64,000 bases of DNA from Schmidtea polychroa (lineage: Eukaryota): NCBI GenBank assembly GCA_044892525.1, contig CM097888.1, forward strand, positions 90,644,001 through 90,708,000, in the 5' to 3' direction. This document shows positions 31,601 to 41,600 of this stretch, piece after piece. The number at the start of each line of letters is the position of its first letter. Within the stretch, counting starts at the first letter, position 1. A model generated the notes under the pieces. That model was not told where the DNA came from and ran no database searches. It was given only the letters and a program-made list of their open reading frames with translations. The position numbers and the translations under genes were made by a program.

Positions 31601-31980
31601 GTGCGTCCACGGCAATCGACGAGTAGTTCGTTAGCGCTTAAAAAATCAGATCCTAATATGGGGATAATAACCTCTGCTATATAAAATTTCCACTCAAATA
31701 ATTGGTCGGACAGAAATGGCAACGAGAAAGCAATTGTCTTTGAACCTAAAGTCTCAACAACACTACCGTTTGCGGCCTTCAAAGAAATATCGACAGTGTT
31801 GAGGTCTGGAAGGTACTCTTTAGGTAAGATCGACAAGCTGGAACCAGTGTCGACAAGGAATTTTAGTCTGTTGGAAGGAGACGACAATATATTAAAAGCG
31901 TTTGACTCTGCTTCTATTAAAAATAAATCTGATTTTGATGAAATTTTGCCTCCCACCTCTGCCGCTAGAAGTGGTGGCAT
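28615..31980 (-). CDS. Pol: protease, RT, RNase H, integrase
   Basis: FLVDTGSS; PWSSPLHLVPKK, YIDD; TDASNVAIGA, DRELL, TDHKPL; HHPG...CIGC, HIDLVGP, ITDRGSQF, IERFH. Confidence 0.96.
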   Translation of the reverse strand: MPPLLAAEVGGKISSKSDLFLIEAESNAFNILSSPSNRLKFLVDTGSSLSILPKEYLPDLNTVDISLKAANGSVVETLGSKTIAFSLPFLSDQLFEWKFYIAEVIIPILGSDFLSANELLVDCRGRTLRINNQLNCSTIPSNIFEDPQRIGTDDINTTPSKTVITIEHPKIAVDIINRCFNTPISDVSKPLYCHTIDTTSSLPVRCKIRPLSNEKLEFVRSEFTNLLHEGTIRRSKSPWSSPLHLVPKKDGTFRPCGDYRNLNAITVHDSYSMPLVSDILHRLSKAKIFSTIDLVKAYHQIPVRESDIEKTAVITPIGLFEYVHMPFGLRNSAQTFQRYIDQVLMDLPFAVPYIDDILIGSPDLETHITHLTRTLTALRQYNLKVNVDKCTFFQHETRFLGHLISADGIRPPPDRLDTIAKFPLPKTVSQLRSFLGTINYCHRFIPGVSDILSPLSGLVSKPKKSLVSWSDTTLSAFENAKSALSKIQTLHFPNADLPWSLTTDASNVAIGAVLHQLHNDISEPLEFFSKKLSSAQRKYSAFDRELLGIYLSIKHFKHLLEGRPFVIYTDHKPLTYLFGMKDPSPRQQRQISYISEFSCEIRHIAGKENVIADCLSRSTNAILHDPIFPVQCLRDNPPSAKDLAAFGDKLEIVDGVHFDSSLSGVLRPILHDSLRKLAFHSIHDLHHPGLSATFNLLHSHVVWPAMRHDIKLWVSQCIGCQQHKITRHTKPQMIHYPTGNRFEILHIDLVGPLPSDRGFSYLLTMIDRKTRWFEVIPLKNISAEIVANSILQHWISRYGVPKSIITDRGSQFESQLFQQLTEKLGIQHLRSTAYHPQTNGMIERFHRTLKTSLGILSSRLNWTKALPFVLLGWRNTPSRTTGTTPAQLLFGSSTSLPNELVDFDNAPTFEELDMARDHFLSIDSNPQFSYASSYTPYVPKSFKDATHVYLRNITDSGLKPRYSGPYKLIDIKDNNAHIVINGVTQNINLCRLKPAFMISDDVDEDKLHSDLEKVSVEPISTTSNENLSVEPATDSNEIARTMITNYQRDENLATENTHSATTNPLNLRSIVSKPDKQRTAKNVKHSDKIWVRQIGEDISKPPRLARVYSNENLTHLMLKFT

Positions 31981-31992
31981 TATAAGTTTTTT
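31950..31992 (-). promoter_or_regulatory. Predicted -1 ribosomal frameshift signal (A AAA AAC + pseudoknot)
   Basis: The heptamer is in Gag phase and -1 gives the Pol frame. After a 6-nt spacer come TGCC/GGCA and CCACTTCT/AGAGGTGG stems. Confidence 0.75.
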
Positions 31993-34721
31993 TGATTGTT
32001 TGCTTTAGGTTTTGTGTAATTGGAGCAGCCTTCGAAGCATTTTAAGGCTTTATCTCCAAACCTGTCGTGGTATATACACTTGTCAAGTATCTGACAGGAT
32101 GGTGCTTTATCTCGCCAATTGCAACCTAAATGGCAGAACCGTGCCTTGTTACGAAACTTAAAATGGAAACGGCACAGGTTCCTGGTTGCAGGTGAAGGTG
32201 AACGTTGACGAGTATTTTGCACCAAGTGTGATTTTTGGGCATATTGCCTGTCGTCATTTGTCCGCCTGGTGGACATGCTATTCTCAAGCTCGCTGATGCG
32301 TTTAGTGAGGCCTGTAATAGCGCAAAGTAAAGCTTCTTCGGTCGAAGGTTTTAAAGAAGAAGAAGGTAAAATTTCGGGGTTAGTGCTGCTACTTAACTGC
32401 ACAGAGCAAGTTGGTTGCGGACCAAGTGGCACGACTTCGTTAATCTTGTCGGCCATCTTTGCTAGCTCTACCACGTCTGCTGTTGACGAAAGCGCTAAAA
32501 TTTGTTGTGCGTGTGGCGGTAAAGCAGACAGAAAAAATTGCCTCAAGAGTTTTTGATCCGCCGCAGCCTCCGGGTGTATTTGCGTTAGTTCCGCCATAGC
32601 GTGTTGCAAGAACTGTGATGGTTTTCTGCTGCCCAAAGTTTGCGTCTTGAAGTATTTAGTGAAGACGGCAGCTGTAGGTTCCTTAAAAATATCGAGGATT
32701 GCCGTACGCAATTCTTCATATGGGTTTTTTACGCTAGTAGGCGAAGTGCGAAGGATCACGGACGAAAGTTTACTTAATATCGTCGGCGGAATCAACGGCA
32801 AGATGCGACAGTATTTGTCTCGTGAACTGGTTACCTCGATTCCCTCGAGTACTAGTTCGGTAGCTATCAGCCAAGTAATTGGAGAGTTATTCTCATCCAA
32901 AAAATATTGACATAAGTACGTTGATCGCTGGTTGTTGGACCTACGCTTATGTTTTGCCTGTTTGGGGTTGCTGCCTGAGTCATTCTCCGAATCGGAGGAA
33001 CCGCCAGAAAGTGGCAACAAACAATGAATGACGCTGTATGGTGTCACTCCATAGTCGCCCAAGGTACGACTGTCGGAAAGGATGTTGCCGTTATACGACA
33101 AGAGAAAACGGCATTTGTGATTAGTCAATGTGCTGTAATTTTTAGAAAGACCTTTAATTGTAGTGTCTGTGTCAACTGAAACGGTTTGTGTCTTATTTGT
33201 TCCAGGGTTTTCTATTAATATTTGGAACTTTTTGGGCCCCGGTGCGGCGCTACCCTCTCGTGTGGGCTGATGCTTATTTAAATAATTTTTTATAATTTTA
33301 TATATGATATCAATAATAATATAAATCAATAATAATATAGTATAATTTAATAATAATATAATAATATAATTTAGAGGTAATCGATCTAAGGTACCTGGCG
33401 GTGCTGACACGGGCATTGCTTGATTGAGTCTCGATTCGCTGGGAGACGGTTTATTATCGTGAATAAATGGCTGTCCCGGTGCACGAGAGTTTAATGTGAA
33501 AAAATCATTATTCTGTTGCATTAAGAATTCATTTGGATTTGGTCGAAGCATGATGCGTTGTGGGGCTGTGTGTAAGACATCACTCGTTAGCAATTTGTTA
33601 TTTGGTATATAATTATTGATCGGAGTCATTTTTTGACGATTTTCAACGGCAATCATCTCAGCCAATGCTTGCCGGGAAACATTAATCGAATCAAAATCTA
33701 TATCGGCTGTATCTTTATATTTCTGATCGTAATGTGAGTTCGGTTTCTCCGAGCCAAATATGCGATTTATATCCATTTCGTTTCGATACTGATACTGACC
33801 GTAGTTAAGCACACCGTTGTTGTTTGCCTGTTGATTGATGTTGTGATCGTATGACTGATTATTATTGTTGTTATTGTTGATTGCGGCGTGGTTTTGAGAA
33901 TTTAACTGGTAGAAACTTTCCAGCAGAGAATTCGACGAACCAACTGAATTCAAACTGTTCATAAATGATTTCTGATCTGAAAGCCGTGACAGGGGAGATG
34001 TAGAATTCAGTGTACTGTGGAATTCAGTAATATCATTACCAGCTGAGCTATTGAAAGCACTGAATAGGGGAAATTCGGATTTAGTATCCGATGATTCAGA
34101 TTGTAATTGAATACTTTTCTTGATAAATTTGAAAGACGATTTATTTATCGGGTCAGCAATTTGAAATTGACCATTTGGAATATGATTATTATCTGTGATA
34201 TTTGCAGGGGTCGAAATGGAATCACCTAGAACGACTACGGGATCCAAAGAATCACGATCTGGAATTGTCTGAGTTAATTTGATATACTCTTCTCGATTCG
34301 ATGACAAAAAACAGGAATGAGCAATTATCAATTGATCTATCAGCCTATCAATATCATGGGATATAGGATTAAATTTTGATGAAAGTTTTAATTCAGAAAA
34401 TATTTTGGAAAGCATATGGAACATATGTTGACGTAATTCCGCTGTTCGTTTATGAGAAACTAACATAGATTGTATTTCCTGTAATCTGGATTTAGCAATG
34501 ATATTAGATAAATAAGTTTCTAATTGTTCAAATCTTGAACATTGTTCTGGCACTTCTGACACCAATGTTGTGGTTGGCGTAGTCCTTTCTGGTAATTTGG
34601 CAATCGCACGATGATAGGTTTCGCGAGTAATCCAAAATCTGGGATCAAGATTTTTTAGATTTTCTGTGTCTTCTTGAAAACTTCCGAGAATCATGAAAAT
34701 TGATTTAGAAAACGGGAACAT
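31980..34721 (-). CDS. Chimeric ORF1: host-like N-terminal region + ubiquitin-like domain (LPLSGG) + CsRn1-type Gag
   Basis: Starts inside the 5' LTR and reads through the PBS (TTLVSEV). Gag motifs KPSQFL, FLSALP, CRFHFKF..KARFC...C. Confidence 0.88.
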   Translation of the reverse strand: MFPFSKSIFMILGSFQEDTENLKNLDPRFWITRETYHRAIAKLPERTTPTTTLVSEVPEQCSRFEQLETYLSNIIAKSRLQEIQSMLVSHKRTAELRQHMFHMLSKIFSELKLSSKFNPISHDIDRLIDQLIIAHSCFLSSNREEYIKLTQTIPDRDSLDPVVVLGDSISTPANITDNNHIPNGQFQIADPINKSSFKFIKKSIQLQSESSDTKSEFPLFSAFNSSAGNDITEFHSTLNSTSPLSRLSDQKSFMNSLNSVGSSNSLLESFYQLNSQNHAAINNNNNNNQSYDHNINQQANNNGVLNYGQYQYRNEMDINRIFGSEKPNSHYDQKYKDTADIDFDSINVSRQALAEMIAVENRQKMTPINNYIPNNKLLTSDVLHTAPQRIMLRPNPNEFLMQQNNDFFTLNSRAPGQPFIHDNKPSPSESRLNQAMPVSAPPGTLDRLPLNYIIILLLNYTILLLIYIIIDIIYKIIKNYLNKHQPTREGSAAPGPKKFQILIENPGTNKTQTVSVDTDTTIKGLSKNYSTLTNHKCRFLLSYNGNILSDSRTLGDYGVTPYSVIHCLLPLSGGSSDSENDSGSNPKQAKHKRRSNNQRSTYLCQYFLDENNSPITWLIATELVLEGIEVTSSRDKYCRILPLIPPTILSKLSSVILRTSPTSVKNPYEELRTAILDIFKEPTAAVFTKYFKTQTLGSRKPSQFLQHAMAELTQIHPEAAADQKLLRQFFLSALPPHAQQILALSSTADVVELAKMADKINEVVPLGPQPTCSVQLSSSTNPEILPSSSLKPSTEEALLCAITGLTKRISELENSMSTRRTNDDRQYAQKSHLVQNTRQRSPSPATRNLCRFHFKFRNKARFCHLGCNWRDKAPSCQILDKCIYHDRFGDKALKCFEGCSNYTKPKANNQKNL
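34551..34564 (-). promoter_or_regulatory. PBS complementary to tRNA-Leu (14-nt match)
   Basis: TGGTGTCAGAAGTG directly after the 5' LTR; canonical Leu PBS is TGGTGTCAGAAGTGGGAT. Confidence 0.85.
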
Positions 34722-35908
34722 GTCCGATTATACAATTTCAATAAGCTGTTATTAATACGATCAGGATAAGTATATTATTTCAAAATCAAAATCCAAATAT
34801 AGCGATCAAGATTGAAAACGAATTATAATTCTCAAAAAACAACTACAATTGTAATATTTTAAAACACCCAGTTTATTCATTTAACTAAAACAAAAGAGAT
34901 TTAAATCAATTGTGTATAAATTTTAGAAAAGTAATTAAAACTGGAACAACTGAATTGGCAGTAATTAATATAGAAATAATTTTCTAGGTAAGCAATCAAA
35001 TGTAGGAAAGCGAAAATTATTACTAGAATTTCATGAAAGATTGCGGTATTAAAATGAAGTAAAATAAGAACAGACTAAATAACTGGTTTAGATTTATTAA
35101 TTTCTTCTTTTATATCTAATTCATTGATAGGGAGCGACCAATAGTTGACATCGATATAATCCTCCAAAGCATAATCAATACCCAAATTTGCCGAGTATTG
35201 ATTGGAATTGAAAGAATTGGTCGGCGACATCGAAAAGATTTCCATAACTCGTTGACCACTTTTGACAGTATTCGTTTTTCAATGAACCTTCAGGATTGAC
35301 AGTAAATATCCGTTTCGGATCTATTCCGACAGCTTGGTAAGCAATGACGTCGTTGATACTGTTACCGAAACCGGCATACAGAGGATGGACACAATCGGAA
35401 AAAAGTGATCGAACATCATTTAGACATTGGATTTTGAAATATTCCGGTTTCTTTTCAATGACTTCTCGATGCAATGATTGGAAAAGCGATGTTGGCGAAA
35501 GAAGAATCGGGTCTTCTGGAAGTTTATCGGAAAACTCCTGGACGATATCCTGGAGAAACGTTCGAGTAATTCCTGCTTGTCCGACAGCTCGTGCGGATAA
35601 ATAAATGAATCGATAGTTGTTTTGAAAGATTTTGTTTTACAGTTTCACTACTCCAGCTTGCGTCCAATCACGGCCTGGTATTGGTAGAACATGGCATCGA
35701 ATTTTCTTTACTCGTCTGAGATTGATCAATAGAGCCTGATTGATAAGTAGAAGTATTAGCTGATCGCACGAATTTTGATTGACTATAATTGTGCTCTGAT
35801 TGGTCCTTATTCGTTGGTGACCGCGCATTTATATATATAATATAATATAATATAATATAGTATAATAGGTATATAGATATTGTGAAGGCCGTGTAACGGC
35901 TCACTACA
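34566..35908 (-). repeat. 5' LTR (1343 bp)
   Basis: Direct repeat of 27103-28445, followed after 1 nt by the PBS. Confidence 0.95.
35175..35703 (-). pseudogene. Captured lipin fragment, copy in the 5' LTR
   Basis: Same sequence as 27712-28240. Confidence 0.88.
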
Positions 35909-36850
35909 CTAACCACTTCGAAATAGAATTAGGAAAAACTGCTATTTACCAAATTTCAAATGTTAAAAATTTTGTTTCTAATAATAATAGATTACTGTTA
36001 ATATATAAGTAGTATATCGATAAATAAAATGAAAGAAATTTAAGTCAATTTTAATTTAAATTCAACAATTACCACATAAAGATTTTTTGAAGGTATGATA
36101 GACAAGAATTACCATTAATTTTGAACATCATTAATGTAGATTATTGTTAGATCGAAAAGTTTTATAAAGGTTTTATTGGGTAAATCTTGGACTAATTCGT
36201 TGAGATAAGGACAAACCAATCGACAATTTAGTCATCGCGTCTACTTTAAATGCACCGATTGACTTTCAAACATCACAAATGTCATGAAGGAATGTAACAA
36301 GTTTATCCTTTTTTCATTAACACCCCAAGTTTCGTAACATTCCTACTAATAAAGTTCACAAGAAATAATAGCATAAATTTTATAAATAGATTTTCAAATC
36401 TGCTATTCTCAGAATTGTTTGGGTAGGCACATTTCCGGTAAACATCAGCAAGTTAAGAGGGGAAAAAATATTAGAACACTTCAAAGTTTAATATTTTTTA
36501 AATGCGTCCATCAAAGTTAATTTATAAAAATGCAACAGGAAGCGAAATTTTTCACAAAATATAAATATGAATCTTAACGCTAATTATTTCTTTNNNNNNN
36601 NNNNNNNNNNNNNNNNNNNNNNNNNNNNNNNNNNNNNNNNNNNNNNNNNNNNNNNNNNNNNNNNNNNNNNNNNNNNNNNNNNNNNNNNNNNNNNNNNNNN
36701 NNNNNNNNNNNNNNNNNNNNNNNNNNNNNNNNNNNNNNNNNNNNNNNNGCAATGATAAAATATTTACCGTTGGGGATTTAGTCGTCAACTTTAAATATAT
36801 TACTGCAAAAAAAAGAATGAAAAAATTTTTTATGATTAGTTCCTAATTGC

Positions 36851-36915
<65 letters not shown>

Positions 36916-38611
36916 TCATGAAAAATCATGAAACGTAATATAATGATAAAAATTGTAGGGAAACATTATGGAATCTGAGTCCTATTTATTTGACTCATTT
37001 GAGGAAACTCGTATAGAAATGAGGAATACATTAAAATCTCAGCAGACTGCGACTGCTTTTGTTTTCTCTCTCCCAGTTCCGCTTGACGTGTTAATTACTC
37101 CATTGTAGCCAGCCGGCGAGCGGCGCACAGAGTTACCCTAGCTCCCAACCTTTAATGGAACAATAACTCAATTAGCAAACGCGTTGTCATTTATCTGAAA
37201 AAACAAAAAAAAATACAACTTTCTATCCGAAGCATTTGAAAGGCAACAAAAATGAAATTGTTATTTAAGCCGGTATTGCTGGTTGTCAACGCTCGAATTT
37301 CCTACTGGAATATCGTCATAAAATCTGCCTTATTTTGCCGACTATCTCGCATGATCACGTTTGAGCTTGTATTATGAGTATTAATTATCCTTTCGATATT
37401 AATCTACCGATGAGATCGGTTTACATCTCGGCTGAAATAATTTTGTACACATTTCTCCCTCAATGGCAAAACTCAATGTCAAATCTCCTCATCCTGCCGA
37501 ATGGGAACAATGATTTGCACTCGCCTCGTACTCTCTACCGTCGACAGGTACTAATGATTCTTGTCTCTTTCAGACCGAGATGACAACAGAAAAAATAGTC
37601 GTTGTCGTATATTGAAACCGGTCTTGATGTTCTCGTCGATGAAAATGGGCTAATTAAAATCGAAATTGAGTTTTCCATCTCATTTACCGACCAACGAAGA
37701 AAAGACATATTTTCCTCCCGCGCTTCTCGACTGGGAATGAATAATTGTTGCATATTTGATGATAATTGGGAATAATGGTAATTAACCTTTGACTCGTTTC
37801 TAATGCTGCAAACTTACCGACCAGTTTGAGCGGAGGGGGGGGGGGCAATAATGTTTCATGAAATTCGCAAATGACACAATCGATGAAATGTGCCTCCCCA
37901 TCGAATTGCAGAAATTAGGAAATAATTTATATTAAGAGAAAAATACTCAATTAATTGCCTCATATGTTTTTTGTCGGGAAATCATTTAGCTAGAAGGTTT
38001 ATGAATTATAAAAACACTTTTAAGGGTTCACAACTTATTTATTGAAAGATTGCAAGGAAAGGGAGAGGGGAGAATTCATTTGAGGAGATAAATATAAAAC
38101 AAAAGAAAAATTGCAAGTGATTTTCATAATTAACTCTTTCGCACCGACTTTCCGCTAATGACACTATGCTAAATTTATATATTGGAACTTGTTAATATTG
38201 ACCTAAATATGAAATATTCTCATTTTTGTAATCGTGGCGCTTCTGAATATCCTAGAAAGTCCTGGGATAATAAGTCCCAATAGGCTTTATGGACCATTTG
38301 AAAATATCCCAGTAGGATCATGATGAAAGTTTCTGGGACGTATTGTCCCAATAGGGGCGAAAGGGTTAAAGTGCTTTGAATGGTTTGTGAATTTACAAAT
38401 ATAATCACATGGAAAATGCTTGGGACAAAATATGCTTAGGACATTTGGGAACTATTGTCAAGTAACTCTAAAACAGAATATAAAACCTTATCATGCTCTC
38501 CATTATTGAAAACTCCTCTGATAAAACAATATATTTTGAAATAAAATATTTAAAATATTAACACAACTTAGTTGAATAACCCTAGGGTCCGCCATTTTGA
38601 TTTGTGAAATA

Positions 38612-41600
38612 TGTTGGCGTATGAGGGAGAAGAAAACTGTACATACATAACCGTCGTACATGCAAGACCTCATCGTTTAGCTCAAACACTTCCCATGCAT
38701 ACTCCAAATGATCATCCGAATATTCCCACGCATGAGCCCGTGGTGATGTTCCACGTTGGTACTGCCCACACGGGTTGGAGTTGGCTAACAGGTGAGCCCC
38801 TACCTTAGGACTACTGATAACCCACTCGCGGTTCAGGTTCTAAGGTGCCTCAGAAGGACTTACCCGTATTCCCATAGGTAACTTGGTTCGATCCTGGTCC
38901 AAGGGAACGACCATCGATAAGATTTATCTGCACTCCCCATCACATTCATCATCTACTCACATCACTCCGTCATACCTGTCGACAACTATCAAACAAAGAA
39001 AATCACCTAATTATATTAAACTCAACACAAAACGATATTCTACAATCATAAATTGTCAGCATGCAAGTCAATTACACATATATGAAGGTAAAATCAGTGA
39101 GTCTAAATGTACAGGTGGGTTTGTCATTTGATCTAAAGAGTCGGAATCGATGCAAGCCGCGTTATTAGAAAACGTCTCCTTCCGCGAATATTTCATCGAT
39201 GTCTACCGGTAGGCGGTGGTCCGAGACGAATTTGATACCTTCGGCCGGTACCACTCGAAAAACTTCCTTGGAGGGAACAGTATGAGTGGAAGAGATTTCC
39301 TGGATCGTCGACTTCGCCGCCGATAGCGACGCTTCTAGGGCTGCCATCGCCTCTCTGCGCTTTTGGTTCTTTGCCGCTCGAGTTGGGCGTTTCCGTTTCC
39401 GGGATGGCTGATTAGCCTCCACTACCGGGGTATTGCCCGAGGCCACAAGAACTGGGGCCAGAATAGGATCAGACGAGCCGCCGGACATTGGAAGATAACC
39501 TGACAAGATTGGGGCTGGTACGGGTGGTAAATGAGAGCTATGTCCTTGGCAACTCGTGGCAGATGGTCGGGATAACTGGTGGTGGAGTGGGAAAACGTTT
39601 GTCCCATCCACGACGGGAAATTCCCGTACCCGCTTGGCTAATTCTGCCTCCGTATAGACCTTGTGGAGGGCTTCTGACTGGGCTTTGATTGTGAGCCGTT
39701 GGCAACGACTTTCCTCCAACAGGCTATCCCTGCAATGCTCTAGTCGCAGTATTTTACTACGCTCCTCCTTCATTTGTGGCGGGGAGAACCACGTACCTTC
39801 GTAAAGGTCAATTCTCTTTTTCAGTGCCCCGATGTAGAGTTGAAGCTGCGCGATGTCAGCATTTTTATCAGCGCAGGAAAGACAAGGGCGAAGAGCATTT
39901 CCAGATTGGATGGGTGTAGTCATTCTAGAATTTTAATCAATAGTTTATGTTTATATCATTCCCTCATATTCACAATTATTTAGTTACAACACATTCAGAC
40001 AAATTTTACTCAGTCTAGAGACTTTGAAAAGAAAACGGGGAAATGCTTGAAAATTAATTCATTTGGCCTAAAATCACCATTTAATTTAGGGTGGATGGTT
40101 CCCACCTATTACTCCCTTTTGATTATTAGTAATTATGAATTCTATATCTTTACTTTTCGAGAAAATAATAATTGAACAATCCAACTCTTAGCATCGTGGA
40201 TAGTTGATTTGGGTATGCCCCCTGTTGTAGGGTTAGAAAATCAGTAGCATTTATATTTATTTGGGTGGAATCAGTCCTGATGAATGAAAATATTGCGAAC
40301 TATATTAATATATTTAAGAATTAAAATATAATATTTTCCAAAAACGCGCCATGCTCGTTGTCGTGGTGACACCTACGCGTGTGTGTTTGTATGTCGCGTT
40401 TCGTCTCTACGACGCGGCTTATCATGCTTACTGGATCAGTCTAGACTCTAGACTCATGCCCTTCAAGCAAATTCATCTATCCACTCTCTCGCCCTTACAC
40501 ACCGTTCTACTATACTGAGCAATTCCGATTACGCAATGATGACGTCACAATGTAATTTAACATCCAGATTGATTATCATCCTACTGAGATGCATTCTATT
40601 TTAAGGCGTGATAATGTGTGAATTTCCGAGACACAGTCGATTTAGATTTCTATTAGAAGTTTGATGAGTAACAACATTCTAGATGGTAGACGACCAATTC
40701 GGGGAATAATGGGTGAACTGGTGTTGGCAACCTAAGTTTTATCGTGCGGACGACTCAAGATAATCACTCGTCAGTGCATCAAGTGAATAAGTCAGTACGG
40801 AAATTGGTATCTTATCATTCCTACCAGATTCCCGTCGGTCGTTTAATTCTATTAGCCACAGTCTGACTGAAATTCATTTATCAATTATCTGACAACCTCG
40901 ACCGCGGCTTCCCAATGCAATTAACAATTTGCCGATAACACTGTCAGTAGTTGCCCACATCTCTATCGTCGATAGTCAGATAATTGCTCATAATTTATTT
41001 ACCTTATTTGCAGAAAACGGTACTTATCAGCAATCCGAATGTCAACAATCAAGGCTAAAAGTACATCCCCTATGGATTTCATCGCTAACGTGCTGGCGAT
41101 CCAAATCAGACGATATCTTATGAATTTACTATGCTGCAGAAAAACAGTTGGATTTAATCGCAAACGGTGATCATCGAGATTCTTTCTTAGCTACTCTGAT
41201 CGTCAGGCTGATTTTCCTGAAAGATTCTCCTCAATCTATGTGAAGTTTCGTTGGATCTAGCTAAATGCTTATATCGATCTAATCCGGATTAACCTCTGTT
41301 GGTAATTCAAGCTTCCTATACGAATATCAGAAATCTCGATACAAAAGAACGAAATGATAGAATATCCTCCTAACGATCGCGCTGAGTGAAGGCAAATTTT
41401 TACTCCGCAACTGGATTTTTCATCTACCGAGTCTCATCACCCCTCATGACACACCCAAGAAGGCATTCATTTCTGCCGCCATTCTTGCACCGTCATGAGG
41501 GACCAATCAACTCCTTTACATTCAAAAATTTAACGTTCGTATATAAATATAATAATGATAGAATAAATGATGAGCAAAATAAACAAATCGAAATATCCGG

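Larger units (their letters stand above)
27103..35908 (-). mobile_element. Full-length CsRn1-like Ty3/Gypsy LTR retrotransposon (8806 bp)
   Basis: TGTAG...CAACA ends, CTAAC 5-bp TSD (27098-27102, 35909-35913), paired LTRs, PBS, CHCC-type Gag and intact PR-RT-RH-IN. Confidence 0.95.

Noticed and set aside
33267-33394. Intron explaining the AT-rich I/L/Y-coding stretch in ORF1
   Set aside because: Both candidate acceptors give lengths (122, 128) that break the Gag frame. The stretch is more likely low-complexity junction DNA than a true TM or intron.
38885-38894. tRNA gene or SINE B-box (GGTTCGATCC)
   Set aside because: No cloverleaf or A-box, and not conserved in the paralogous LTR.
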